In this document: one piece after another, positions 1-13,669 of the stretch
Numbering within the stretch: position 1 is the stretch's first letter
How the letters are laid out: each line of letters opens with the position of its first letter
From: Eledone cirrhosa
Lineage: Eukaryota
Length of the DNA: 64,000 bases
NCBI GenBank assembly: GCA_964016885.1
Contig: OZ024743.1
Location: 152,892,001 to 152,956,000 of the forward strand
Reading direction: 5' to 3'
Position numbers and translations under genes: made by a program
The notes under the pieces: model-generated
The model's database searches: none
What the model was told of the DNA's origin: nothing
Seen by the model: only the letters and a program-made list of their open reading frames with translations

Positions 1-234
1 GAGTGGCTAACTGAGTGCAAGAGTGAGGCAATGTAGAGGTTTTTGAGGTGGCAGCAGCTAATATGGGAATGCTTGGTGGTGGTGGTAGGAGAGGTGCAGT
101 GATGGTGAGGATAGCTGCTACAGAGTGCTAGTGGGAGGAGAAGGAATAAGTCAGGCCACACTGTATACTGTTAAGGAGTGGTAGTGGAAGTGGTGGTGGC
201 GAGGGGGGGGGGGGTTAAAAAAGATATCATTATA

Positions 235-540
235 TGGTGTTGGCTAGCTCTTCAACATCACAGTGCCAGCTCTTGCAGCCCTTTATCATTTATGTTGTGA
301 GATTTAGTTTTTTAAGGCTGGTTTTCACAACCTCATTCCATGTGTGCCTGGGTGTGCCTCCTCCATGGGTTCCAGCTACTGGGGTTTCTCTGCATGTTTT
401 CATGCAGTTGCTATCTTCCATACGCATCAAATCTACATACCAATACAGTTTTCTCTCTTGCACACCACATCCAATTCCTCTTATGCTAAGTTGTTCACTC
501 AGTTTGCTTATACTATATCACTCATGCACACCAACATGAC
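235..540 (-). mobile_element. RTE LINE 3' ORF fragment (degenerate)
   Basis: Reverse complement resembles the RTE C-terminus at 8620-8880 (GIxC.VQERKLYWY...RMEDSNC...TWNEV motif). Confidence 0.7.
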
Positions 541-761
541 TATGATATCACTATACTCATTTTCTCATACTTGCTCAAATATCGTCATACGTCACCTCAA
601 CCAAAAATAATTACAATTAAAATATACAAATATCTGGTGCCTCTTATTGGTATTTGGAGTGCTAGTCTATCACAATCATATTCCCAGTTATTCGTTCTCA
701 AATGCTAGGTGAATGAAAGTATGTAGAATTAAGTGCCTCCCACCCCCAGTGGTGAATGTAA

Positions 762-895
762 GACTTGTGACTTATGACGTGATAATATAATATACATTAC
801 TATAATATAATTTACATGATTGTGACTTTACATGACTTGTGACTTATGACGTGATAATATAATATACATTACTATAATATAATTTACATGATTGT
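762..895. repeat. Tandem duplication, 72-bp period, 2 copies
   Basis: gacttgtgacttatgacgtgataatataatatacattactataatataatttacatgattgt at 762 and 834. Confidence 0.9.
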
Positions 896-2419
896 TATAC
901 ATTACCATGGTTTGGTTTCATATTTGATCCATAATGGATATATTACTTTTGCTACATAATATTCCAGAAAAAAATACCACTGAAATTGTAAGTTAAGTTT
1001 GATAAAATTATTGATTTTTCTTAGCCTTTATGAAGCAGATCTATGATTAGACATTCGAGCTCTAACCAAACTTTTCTGAGATAGTGTCTCTGGGATTATA
1101 TTATCTAATGTATCTTCCTTTTTTAAGAGATTAGGGTGGAATTTAAAAGAAACTTGGAGCAGGTTAAATGACTACAATGTCTTGGGAGTTTATGAAAGTC
1201 ATACATGTGGTATAATTTCTGAAGAGCTATTAGTTTATAAAGTCATGAAAAGATGACAAAAACAATGTCATTCTGGAGAAAAGAGAGAGTGTTTGTTATT
1301 CAGAGTAGTTCTTTGAAGGTAATAAATTTGAGGAGAAACTAAAGCAGTAGAGAAATGTATATAATAAAAGGTTTTCATTGATCCTAGAGTTTATCCAGGG
1401 AGTTTTAGAAGCAGCTGAAAAGATAAAGGATATATCAAACATATTAGTGAGCTGGTAATTATTATCCTTGACACCAGTATTAAGGCCTTAATTTGTGCCT
1501 GACATAAGAAGCTTCTACGTAGCTAAATTGTTTGCCTGTAGGCTCTACCCATTGCTGATGTCATACATTAAACGTTTTCTGTCAGACTTCTTCATTATCA
1601 TGTATGTTGTTATGATTCGTTCCAAACCATATTCTAGCAAAAGTATTTTACCTAGGGGTCTAGTTTGGTTTTCTACAGAGTAATCATCATACCACATTCT
1701 ATTGCTTTTGAAACTAAGCCACACACAGACATTATCCACATGCACCAAAGGCCTCAAGCCAAATTTGCACTATTTTCATAACAGAAACTTTAAAACATTC
1801 ACCATGATGACATGTGAATTTAACCCCTGTTAACCATGTTAAGCGTAAAACAGTACACATATAGAGGAAACAGAGTTGTATTGCACCACCCTTACACATG
1901 TTACTGTATGCAAACACTAGGTTTCAGAATCTAATAAACTCACAGAGTGACTTCCCATTTATAATATTGTCAAAGTTGGCTTTTCTCTTTAGAACCAGAA
2001 GCAGTTGTTATACAAAGCTTAAGTAATACCCATTATACTGGTCCCATATTTTGCACTGTTCTACTGCTGCACATACAAACATTCTAGACTATATTCAAAA
2101 CAAGGCCATTTAGTTGATTGGCAAAAAACTAACATACACACATTGCAGCCACTGGCTACTAAATGTACTGGCTCTTCTGTATAAATTGTCTGTAGTTTCT
2201 ACATGGCCACTGCACTTCTGAATTATCTACTAACATACCACTTCAGATTTCGCTCACTGGATTTTTCTCTCTCTCTCTGTCTTTTCTTTTTCTCTTTATT
2301 CCTACTTCATCTCAGTAAATAGAGCTCCATATTAAACACTATTCAATCATTTAGTTTAAGAGTTGCAATCCTATGCAGTCCCCTCCTCTATTAATGTTTC
2401 TCCTGTTAATATTTACCTA

Positions 2420-4746
2420 GTTTTGTGAGTTTTCTTGACTTTGTGTGCCACATGTTGTAGATAACTAGATCGCGATCATTTGACAGCTCAGCCCATCTTT
2501 TAACACGAACATCCAGCACAGAAAAAAAGAGATAAGAGACAGTAACAAAATAAATGACTGATCTCTGTGCTGATGTCCTTATACCATGTGTACTCATGGC
2601 TGTCGCTGGAAGAAGGTTTTCATAATAGAGAGCCCATTACTAGAACAGATCACTAATAAGGCCTCTCCATTCATATTTATAATGGGATCACTTTTCATTC
2701 CAATCACTCCTTTCAATGTCACCAAACTGGCAGGTGCAGCTTGGCCTACAGGATAAAGTGGGAAGTGCTGGCTGATAAGGAGGTCAGAACCAGATATTGA
2801 ATACCATTACATACAAATTTAGAGAACTCCCAGAGGAAACTCAGGATGTTGAAACAAAGTGGAGACTGTTCAGCTTTTGAATGCTGTGGGAAAAAGTTGC
2901 TTGGTGTAGCACCAGGGGAAAGGAGGATCCCATGGTTCAACCAGCAAATTAAATATGCCATCCAAGCAAAGATGGAGGCTTACAAAGCTTAGCTTGGAAA
3001 TAAGTCCTCCTTTTTGCACTTGTGGTATAAGCAGGTGTAAAAAGTCACTGCAGAGATAAAAAAAAAGGTGTTTCTAGGTGAAGACATGGGAGGATTTGGG
3101 GGTTAAACTGGAATCCGACTTTAGATCAGCAGATAAATTATTCTGGCAGACCACCTGCCAACTTTGTAATAAGAAGTCTCCCTCCATGCATCTGTTCTTC
3201 ACCTCTCTTCAGAAAAGTGCATCCTCATGAGGTGGAGAGAATAATTTGCTGATTCCTATATCCAGTTACAACATCTTCTGATGTACATAAAGTACATCTA
3301 GGGGCAATGACAAACTCCTTGAGGCTGAGGTCACCAGAGAAATTAAAGTGCTCAAATGTGGCAAGGCTTCTGGGGGGGATGACATTTGGATAAAATGTTA
3401 AAAGCCTTACATAAAGAAGGTATTCTCTGGTTGACTCAGGTGTGCTGGTTGGCCTGGATATCTGGAAAGGCACCTAAGCAATAGTAATTGATTTTCAAAA
3501 AGGGAAACAAGAGAGATTGCTCTAATTACAGAGGAATCTCCTTGTTAAATCTCCCCGGTAAAATTTATGCTGCCTGGCAAAGAGATGTATGGATATTGTT
3601 GAGTTCAAGCTAGCTGATGTGCTTTTTTTCCCTTGGATGTAGCACAGCTGACTAAATATTCACACTGCTGCAGAGCTTTGAGAAATCGTGTGAGTTTTGC
3701 CAAGATTTGATGCTTGTTTCATAGACCTTGAAAAGGCGTATGACTGCATTCCATGGGACCTGTTGTGGAAGTTTCTGCAAGAGTATGAAATTGATAGACA
3801 GCTTCTTGTTGCCCTGAAATCCCTATATGAAAACTCTAGTATTTGTGTTCCGATAAATGGTGCTATGTCAAAATCATTCAATGGGGGTATAAGATTCAGC
3901 AACGGTATACTGTCACCTCTCTTGTTCATAATCTTCATGGACAGCATTGACATGTGCAGCCGGGTTGGAAGTGGTTTCAGGATTAGTGGGTGTAGTATCA
4001 GTTGGCTGGAATTTGCAGATGGCAGTGTACTACTTAACTTGGCAGAAGGTGATCTCTGACATGCACTTGATAGGTTTGCTGCTGAGAGCTGCATGGCAGG
4101 AATGAAATTTGTGGTGTGCATTCTATATGTGAGTGGAATTCCACTGAACAGCTGGAGATGTTCAAGTATCTCTGGACAATGTTCACAAGTAAGTGAAGGC
4201 AGGAGGCTGAATTAAGTGCAAGAATTGCAGGACCTACTGCACCAGCTTCATAATTTGGACATCATCAGGTTGCCTTAAAAGCAAAATTTACTGTCTTCCT
4301 TTTGGTATTCATGCCAACCCTTACCTATGGTCATGAATCATGTGTAATGACTGAAAGACTACAATTGTGAATACAAGTGACAGAAATGAAGTTTTTCCAA
4401 AATGAATTTGGAGTAAAGTTACTTGATAGAGCGTGCAGCTTAGAGATCAGGGAGTTGCTACAGGTAGATCCACTATTTCTCTTAATTGAAAGATCACAGC
4501 TCTGATATTTTGGACATGTGGTCAGAATATCTCAGGAAAGAACCATTTGATAGATTTTACAGACAAAATCCAGCCAGCAGGAGACCCTGATCCAGGTGGT
4601 TAGTTAACATCCATGTGTTTCAATGGGTTCACTTCGGGATCTAACCTGATCAATTGGAGACAGTTTGTTCTGCTGGAAATCATGCTTGAAGATTCTGCCC
4701 CAATGACTCTCCCAGCAATATGTGGGCAGAGAAGAATAAGAATAAG
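2420..4746 (+). mobile_element. Expander/Rex3-like RTE LINE, 5'-truncated, with inverted 5' segment (2420-~2715)
   Basis: RT remnants (CSNYRGISLL ~3518; ACFIDLEKAYD, LSPLLFIIFMD, LEFADG in ORF 3697-4059). (AAGAAT)n tail at ~4732-4750. TSD aatatttac(c/t)ta at 2408-2419 and 4747-4758. Confidence 0.85.
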
Positions 4747-5427
4747 AATATTTACTTATGAAAATTCAATCCAAACGTCAAAGGATCTAAAGATGTATTG
4801 GATGTAAACACTTTTCTGATTTGATTACAACATAAAAGTGATGGTCCTTTAATGAGATGATGTCCAGTAGATAATATTTTCAAGAGAATTGTTGAAATGG
4901 TCTTGATATATGTAGCTTGTACTTTCCAGTTGTTCCTAGAAAGTTTAAACTAAAATCATTCACTGAAAATATATGCTATGGGAATTGCTTGAAAGTTGTT
5001 TACATTAACCAGAAAACATCTACTTAAAAAATTTTAAAACTACACTATTGAAAAGAACCCATTATTTTGATGTCTAAGTAGATACAATAAAAGAAATATC
5101 TATAAATACTATATTACCTCATATTCTACTGTTTTCGTCAGCTACAATTACTTATGTGCATATATATATATATATATATAAGGCAATGACTTTAAGGTTG
5201 GATGAAGATATGTAAATAAATAAAAAGCATAATAAACAGTACAAAAAGTATTTTCAGAAAACACTCAAAACACTACATTTCTTTAACCCTTATGGTATTT
5301 CTTTAGCTCAATATATGGTGTTGTAGCATAGCCTTAACCATAATGAGTAAACCTAAAAAAGATCTCTGTCACACACACATACAGACATATAAAGGGAGAA
5401 AGTATGTTCAGAAAGCGGTGAGCGAAA

Positions 5428-5532
5428 GGCTTCGCTGCAATATTTCCTAAATGAAATAGTTTAATAACAGGCTGTATTATACACTACATGGTTAAACTAT
5501 TTTATTCTTTCAAATGTTACAGTGAAGCCTTC
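5428..5532. repeat. Degenerate fold-back next to (TA)n
   Basis: aaggcttcgctgcaatattt...aaatagtttaa pairs with ttaaactattt...aaatgttacagtgaagcctt. Confidence 0.6.
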
Positions 5533-5555
5533 TATTTCAATATATATATATATAT

Positions 5556-5584
5556 CAAACCTCAGCATGCCATTTCTTCTGCTG

Positions 5585-5627
<43 letters not shown>

Positions 5628-8600
5628 CTAACTAACTAACTCTCTCCTCCCCTGTCCCAGCCCAACACACCCTGCCATTATCCCATCACCACTGTTCTTC
5701 TAGCCCTCAATTTCCCTACCGTTATGGATGGATGAGCTGAGAATAAATTTGAGCAACTCTGAATCAATAGATGAAATATGAATCTGCGAGCAACCAAGCC
5801 CCCATGTGAAGCGCCAATCCAGAGACCCTTCCCTACGAGTGTCGACAAATGCCCAAAACTCTGAGTTGGTACCATCAATGTAGGCTCAATGAAAGGAAGA
5901 GCAGGAGAAATCGTAGAAATGCTAGAGCGAAAGGAAATTGATGTATGCTGTGTGCAAGTGACTAGATGGAGAGGAGAGTCTGCCAGAGTCCTTGTAGGAA
6001 AAAGTTGGTGCTACAAATTTTTCTGGGTGGGAAATGACGATGGGATGGGTGGTGTAGGTATACTACTAGCTGACAAGTGGGTAGATAAAGTAATCTCAGT
6101 GTACAGGGTAAATGCAAGAATCATTAAACTCAGACTAGTCCTGAATAAAACAATTACCACAATAATATCAGCTTACGCACCCCAATCGGGCCTGCCAGAC
6201 GAACTTAAGGATAGGTTTTACGAGTCCCTAATGCACACTACTGCTCTAACAGACGACAATGACTTCCTAATCATTGCAGGAGATTTTAACGGACACGTAG
6301 GTAAACACTGCGACGGCTTCAATAGAGTGCATGGAGGCCATGGGGTTGGCACAAGAAATGAGGAAGGATTCAGACTTCTAGAATTCTGCGACGCCAATGA
6401 CATGTCGATATGTAACACAAACTTTAAAAAACCCGACAACTACCTGATCACCTATAGATCAGGGGAGCACTCAAGTCAGATAGATTTTATCCTCATCAGA
6501 GGACGTGACAGATGGACGGTCATAAACACAAAAGCCTTCCCTAGTGAGGAATGTACATCCTAACATAGCCTAGTTGTCAGCGACCTCACGGTCAGAACTA
6601 GACGGACCTGGAAACAGAGGCCAACCTGGAGAAGAAAGATCTGGAAGCTGAAAGACCCTTCAACCAGTAACAGATTTAAGATATTTTACTCAACGCCTAC
6701 GACAGTAAAGAAGAACAGATAGAGACATTCAATGTCGAAGAGAACTGGGAGTTCCTAAAAAAATAATTTACTAGAGGCGACGGATAAGGTCTGTGGCTGG
6801 AGTAAGACTTCAAGCAGGAGGAGAGTGACTTGGTGGTGGAACAATAAGGTAGATGAAGCAGTTAAGGCCAAGAGACATGCATGGAAAGAATGGAAGAACG
6901 GGGGGGGGGGGAGCAGGGTAGATTACATAGAGACCAAGAGGGAAGCTAAGCGACAAGTATACTTAGCTAGGAGGGAAGCAGAGGATAGAAAATTCAAGCA
7001 TGTTTTGCAATGTGAGGACCAGAAACAGGAGGTGTTCAAGATTGCGAGGCAGTGTGTCAGAGAGTTGTGATGTCATTGGAGAGAAGTGTATCCAGAATGA
7101 TAAAGGTGAGCTTGCCCTCACAAGTGCTGAGAAGAAAGATGCATGGAAGAGTCATTATGATAGATTACTAAATGAGGAGAATGCATGGGAAGAAGAGACC
7201 CTACCCCAAGTAGACACTATAGAGGGGCCAGCAGTACAAGTCAACAGCAATGTAGTAAGTAAGGCAATCAAAGATATGAAGAAGGGAAGGCAACCGGTCC
7301 ATCGGGTATAGCTGCCGAGATGCTGAAGGCATCTGGCTCTGTAGGTCACACTATAACCACACGTATTGTTAACCAGGTAATACTAGAAGGTGTCATACCA
7401 AAAGATTGGTGCAGTAGCATCATTGTCAACTGCTACAAAGGTAAAGGTGGTGCACTAGATAGAGGAAACTATAGAGGTATAAAGTTGATGGACCAGGTCA
7501 TGAAAGTAACAGAAAGAGTTATAGCACAGTTGATTAGGGACCGGGTGAAAATAGACGAGATGCAATTTGGGTTTGTACCAGGAAGAGGCACCACTGATGC
7601 CCTCTTCCTAGTGAGGCAGTTACAGGAAAAGTATCTAGCTAAAAGTAAGCCACCCTACTTGGCATTTGTCGACCTTGAGAAAGCCTTTGACAGAGTTCCA
7701 CGTGTTGTAATCTGGTGGGCTCTTAGAAAATTAAGATTAGATGAATGGCTTGTGAAAGCGGTACAAGCCATGTATAGGGGAGCAGTCAGCAAAGTTAGGA
7801 TTAGCAATGAGTATAGCGAGGAATTTAGCGTACAGGTTGGGGTCCACCAGGGCTCTGTTCTTAGCCCTCTCCTGTTCATCATAGTCCTGCAGGCAATAAC
7901 GGAGGAGTTTAAGACCAGATGCCCATGGGAACTCCTGTATGCTGATGACCTCACACTTATAGCTGAATCTATGGTAGAACTAGAGAAGAAATTCCAAACT
8001 TGGAAGCAGGGACTAGAAAGAAAGGGTCTCAAAGTCAACCTGACAAAGACTAAGGTCCTTGTAAGTAGACGAGAAAACAGAACCCAGATCTCCTCAGGGA
8101 AATGGCCTTGCTCAGTATGTAGGAAAGGTGTAGGTAGGAACTCCATTCTCTGCCCCAAATGCAAACAACCGGTACACAAGAGATGTAGCAGGATCTCAGG
8201 AAGCTTAATTAAGAATGTAGGCTTCACATGCAGCAGCTGTGCTGGGACAGCAAGCAGCAAACAGCCACAGGAAACAAGTACCACCAATCTATGGGGGGGG
8301 GGGGCTCTGTAGAAACAGTAGACAGCTTCTGCTACCTAGGTGACCGAATTAGCAGCGGAGGTGGGTGTTCAGAAAGTAGAATAACTAGGGTAAGAACGGG
8401 ATGGAAGAAGTTTAGGGAACTACTACCACTGCTAGCTGCAAAAGGCTTCTCCCTCAGAATGAAAGGCAGACTGTATAATGCGTGTATCCGAACAGCAATG
8501 TTGCATGGTAGTGAGACCTGGGCGCTGAAGGTGAAAGACTTACGTAGATTAGAGAGAAACGAAGCCTGCATGCTCCGATGGATGTGTAACAGTAATATAC

Positions 8601-9198
8601 GTGAACGACAAAGCATAAATGAATTGAGAGAGAGACTGAGCATAAGAGGAATCAAATGCTGTGTGGAGGAGAGGCGGCTGCGTTGGTATGGACATGTGAT
8701 GCGTATGAAGGATGACAGCTGCATAAAAAGGTGCAGAGCACTAGAAGTCGATGGAAACCACGGAGTGGGATGACCCAAGATGACCTGGGATGAGGTGATA
8801 AAAGCCGACCTTACCCAATTACACCTCTCAAAGGCAATGACACACGACCGTGACCTCTGGCGTCACGCAGTAATACAGAGTACCATGGGTACAAGCTGAA
8901 GCATATAGACAATATGCACCCCCCCCCCACCCCCACCGCAAGGTGGTCGTGGAGATGCCACGGCAAAAAAGCACACAGCCCACACTGTAAATTGGACGTG
9001 TAGGCGCCACGAAAAAGCACCCAGCACTCACTGTAAATGAGGTTGGTGTTAGGAAGGGCATCCAGCTGTAGAAATCAAGCCAAATCAGTTCCTATATGAG
9101 CAAAGCATGGTCAGTTGACCAGACACTGCCCACAACAGGACAAGCCGTCTAACCCATGCTAGCGTGGAAGAACGGACGTAAAACGGTGATGATGATAT
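5556..9198 (+). mobile_element. Near full-length RTE-clade LINE (~3.6 kb), inactivated
   Basis: APE, RT and C-terminus in order. (TAC)n in the 5' region; 3' UTR with ggaagggcatccagctgtagaaa and a (GAT)n tail; microsatellites on both flanks. Confidence 0.93.
5860..8880 (+). pseudogene. RTE ORF (APE endonuclease + reverse transcriptase + PHD-type finger), broken by stops and frameshifts
   Basis: GTINVGSMKG, SAYAPQ, AGDFNGHVG, SQIDFIL (5889-6563); NYRGIKL, QFGF, FVDLEKAFDRV, HQGSVLSPLLF, YADD (7320-8312); FCYLGD, RRLRWYGHVMRM (8228-8773). Stop at 6561-6563 and a poly-G frameshift near 8293-8304. Confidence 0.93.
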
Positions 9199-9549
9199 GT
9201 GTGTGTGTGCGTGTGTGTATGTATGTATATATATATATATGCATATAAAGTCTGCAGTACTGAGACCGAGGAGAGCACTAATCATGAGAGTACGTAATGC
9301 ATGAAGAGATGGAGAGTAGGATTTTAACCATCTATCTATTCTGTCTGATATAGAGGAAGTTGTGTGCCAGTCACGCTGGTAAGTTTTTGTCTTTTATTTA
9401 TAAAAAACAAAAATTATTGTTTTAAAAAAATATACCACTATATAGATTGACCCTCTGACATAAAAATGTATAACAATTTGTTGTAACTATGAATGATAAA
9501 ATTAAAGCGTTTCCCCGCCATAAATGTAAATGAGAGCGTTGAAATGAAT

Positions 9550-9563
9550 GTCACTATGGCAAC
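9550..9563. promoter_or_regulatory. RFX X-box-like motif GTCACTATGGCAAC
   Basis: Matches the X-box consensus GTHNYY-AT-RRNAAC; an E2F/YY1-like ttccccgccat lies at ~9511. Motif match only. Confidence 0.3.
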
Positions 9564-9656
9564 AGGTAGTGACTGAGATAAATCACACCAAAACAAAAGT
9601 ATGGAAACACATACGGCACAAAAATTATTGAACAAGAGAAAAACACAACTTCACAA

Positions 9657-11337
9657 ATGAATTCCACAACCGCAAATCAAGCAATTGAGAACTACAAAAA
9701 CAACAACAACGACAACAATGACAACAACAACAACAACAGCAACAATGATGACAACAACACCAACAGCAGCAACAGTAATGACAACAACACCTACAAGAAC
9801 AACTCCACAAACAAGGTAAAAAGGTTTAGGTCACACAAACTGTCCAAAAGACAGAACTATATACACAGATTGACATCTCTAATGCCGGAGAATTGTTAAG
9901 AGATGCCAAGCAATATATAACTTTTGGGGAGATTGGCGCTTTTAGCATCACTTCTCCCCAAGAATTGCGTAGAGACACTGTCCTGAAAACTATAGTTTTC
10001 AGGACAATCTCAAATACCACCAGAAAACCAGCTCAATTAACTCAAAACGAAATTGAGCTGGTTCTAAGAAACTCCATGAAGGACATTGCCTTCATACAGA
10101 AGGGAAAACTCTTCGGGAGTTTATCAATAATAATGAAAGAGCAGATGACGTCACAGAAATATTCTATGTCACCAATTGTGTCCCCCCTCTACACCTTTTC
10201 CCCCACATATATGGGAAAAAGGACCCCAAAAATAAGAGTAGCAAATATCACACCAAATGTAAATATCTGGTTGATATTAGCTGGTTTCATGAATTTTGAT
10301 GAAGACACAGTAATTTCGGTAGGAAAGTCCTCCAGGGGCACATTTAACGGTACAAGCTTAGAAGTTCTGGTCCAAATGAGACCAGAACGGATAGCTAGAA
10401 TACCACAATGTGTGCCTCTGGATGGAAATTCCTACATAAACATTTCTGTTGAGAGTAGGCAGCCTTCATGTTATCAATGTTTAAGCACTGGTCACTTGAG
10501 GGCTTCCTGTCCTCAATTAACTGCATAAAAAAAGGCACTACTGCCAACATCCAACACAACAACACAACCACCACCACAACAACAACACACAAAAATAACA
10601 AAAACAAACCAAACTGCAAACACAGTACCACCCAACCCCTCCCTACCTAAAACAACTCCCAAAACACCCACAAGCACAACAGCTCCCCAAAACGTACCCC
10701 TCCCCAATCAAATAGACACCACAACGGACGAAGCCCCCTCGTCATCATTCAGTGAGGATGAGGGAGAACCCCTCCGCTCAAAAAAAAAAGAAAAAAGGCA
10801 ACAAACACACAACCACCAACACAAACAACACAAACATTACAAACAAAAATCCCCCCCCCCCCGAAAACAAAACAATGACAACACTCCAAACACAAATACC
10901 CACAACAAAACGAAAATACACACAAGAACAGAAAAAAACTAACACAACACAACAAAAATATTATACATACATAAACACTGACAATAAAATCTTGATGGAG
11001 GTCATCTCCAAAACCCTTCCGTGGAAACCGAAGGAAAATATTTTACCAAATGTAAAAACAAACCTAATTTAAGGATGATTAGGGTCCCTACGGACACCTA
11101 TAAGTCCTTAAAGGAAAACTTTGCTGAGAACCTGGGGAGTATGTGTGTTAAACCAACGAACAGCGTCCTCTTGAGACGTTTCCCCATCCACACCGCAGAC
11201 ACCCCCACCCTACCAGACACCCCCTCCCCACCAAACATCTCCGTCCCCACCACGCCAGGAACCACCACCCTACCAAACAACCCCTCCAATACCCCATGGA
11301 CATTGTGCAGCCTGGTCTCCAGGAAGTGAGGAGGTAA
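9657..11337 (+). pseudogene. Gag-like ORF1 of a Tx1/L1-clade LINE (frameshifted)
   Basis: CCHC knuckle CYQCLSTGHLRASC (C-x2-C-x4-H-x4-C) in ORF 9893-10528; Asn/Thr/Pro low-complexity segments; probable stop ...aggaggtaa just before ORF2. Confidence 0.75.
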
Positions 11338-11378
11338 GTGAATTCTTTCCTCTTCTTGTGTAACTCTTCCTCACCAAC

Positions 11379-13645
11379 ATGGCCGATATAAAAGTCGGAT
11401 GTGTGAATGTGCGCGGCCTAGGGATGCCCTAGAAACAGGGAAAACTCTTAAACGACCTCAGGTCGCACAGTATGGATGTAATTGCTATCTGTGAGTCCTG
11501 GATCCACAGCTAGCGACAGTTGGCTCCCATCTTCGATGATTATGAGATCTACGCATCTCAATGTCAGCCGGGAAGTGGGGAGGGGTTGCCGTTTTGCTGA
11601 GGAAACACCTGGGCCTCGTAACACAGACGGTACATCTGGACCCGGAGGGTAGACTGGTGGTCCTAGACGTTGACGGTAGTGAAGGTGGAGCCTTCAGGCT
11701 GGTGGCCGCATATGCCCCATCCGGGATTCCGCGGCCAGACTTTTCTGGGGATGTCCCGCTCCTTGCCTTTAGTGGGGGACTGGAATGGAATTCTAGATGC
11801 ACGTTGGGACTATGTGGGAGCATGCCCCGATAAAGGGGGTGTAACAGCCTCAAACAGTTAATCGGCCGATTTGACCTGGCCGATAGATATCGACTAGATT
11901 TTCCGACTGTGCCACTGTGGACGTGGACTAATCGTAGCGGAACATCTAGATCGTACCTAGATAGGGTTCTAGTTAGAAATAAGGATAGGGACATGTTAAG
12001 CGGTCCACAAATGTTCATGGTTGCCTATTCAGATCACAAACTAGTGACCTGCAGGGTCAACCTTGATAGAACCCATACACAAGGACCCGGCTACTGGAAG
12101 CGATCTACTGAAACTGGCAGCAGAACGGGAGAATTTCCAGTTTTGTGACCAGGGGCGTAGTCACACTAGTCAGGAAGACGAGAATAAGCGGGAAGACATA
12201 GGCAACTTCCGGCACATAACTCTGCTAAACACAGAGTTACAGATTTTGGCCAAAGGTGTTGGCAAAGAGGCTGGCGCTTGTCGTCGAAAACCTGGTGGGA
12301 GAAGCGCACACATGCGCAATCCCGACCAGGTCCATACACAACTACCTCCACCCCATGCGATACATCATAGAGAGGGTAGGGTGTAAACCCGACTTCGGTG
12401 GGGCCCTGATCAGCTTGGATCAGTCTAAGGCTTTCGATAGGGTTGACCATCATTACCTGGATGCAGTGCTCGAGGCGGCAGGCTTCGGACCTGTGTTCAG
12501 GGGCTGGATTGCTGCAATGCACAACAGCAACATCTGCTCAAGGGTCAAGGTGAACGGCTACCTCTTGGATCTGTTCCATATCACGCGATCCATTTGACAG
12601 GGATGCCCTCTCGCCTCCCTTCTGTACATACTGACTCTCGAGCCAGTACTACAGAAGTTGGAGCTATTGCAGGGCATCCCTCTGGAACCGGGACTGCGGA
12701 AAGCGGCATCGGCTCACGCCGACGACGTGACAGTAATTGAGTTGAGCACCTCAAAAATCGGAAGTTGGCGCCTTACTGAAGGAATACGAAAGTTTCACAG
12801 GAGTGAAGCTGAACCGGTACAAGTCCATCGGTTTGCAACTCGGATCGTGGAGAGGCAAACCGATGCCTTCTGATCGTCGGACGCTGGACAGAAGGACCTG
12901 TAAAGCTGCTCGGGGTCTGGTTTCATCTGGACCTCCAGGTGGAGAAGAACTGGTACAAGAGTGACGGCCAAGGTGTTTGCACTCACCCACTTTTATAGCG
13001 TCCGTCATCTACTACCGCTTGACCGTCATGCCTTGTCCAGCCAAAACGCTCACCAAAATGGAGCGCGCGCTCTTCCAATTCCTTTGGTGAGAAGATCCAT
13101 CTGCTGCCAACACCCTTTTAACGGAGGGCTGGAGATGCCGTGGTTGATGATGCACAAACACGCGTTCAGGCTGCGGCATCTCTACGTATTCCTCACCGGT
13201 GTGGGCCCCGTTCGTGAGGCGGGCTTTCCCACGACTCGTCTCGCTGACCGAGCTGCAGTCCTGGATCAAGCAAAGACCAAGGAAAATGGGCGACTGGCAC
13301 ATCGAATGTTTTCAGGTACTCACAGCCCTCTGGCAGGCAGACCCGGCGATCAGTGGAAACTCCATTTTGTCATTCTATAGAGGGTTGATCCACAGCAAGT
13401 GTGACGACGCGCTCGGAGAACCTCTAGGCGTAGAGGAAGACGAACTTGCCAGTCTGTTCGGTAGGACCTTCCGCCCGGGACCGATGGACAACTTCCAAAA
13501 GTCCCTGGCCTGGGAGTGCTAGTGAGGAGCTCTACCAGTTTGAGACAAGCTCTACAGACATGGGCGCCCGAGCAGGGAACCTTCGAAAAAGATCTGTCTG
13601 AGATGCGTGCGTGACGAAGAAACCGTCGCGCACGCATTCATACAC
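11379..13645 (+). pseudogene. Tx1/L1-clade ORF2 (APE-RT-zinc finger), internally deleted and 3'-truncated
   Basis: MADIKVGCVNVRGL at 11379; GDWN, SYLDRVLV, SDHKLV, GPGYWK; NFRHITLLNTE, LDQSKAFDRVDH, QGCPL, AHADDV; CLRCVRDEETVAHAF at ~13594-13640. Confidence 0.88.
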
Positions 13646-13669
13646 GTCTTTTATTATTCAAAAATCTTC

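Noticed and set aside
7655-8778. Long antisense ORFs (also 34318-34716, 63221-63763, 3660-4121)
   Set aside because: Opposite-strand shadows of RTE coding sequence.
9625-9899. Poly-Cys and poly-Asn ORFs (also the His/Thr ORFs at 49579-50247 and 60213-60414)
   Set aside because: Translations of (AAC)n, (CA)n and (CAT)n microsatellites.
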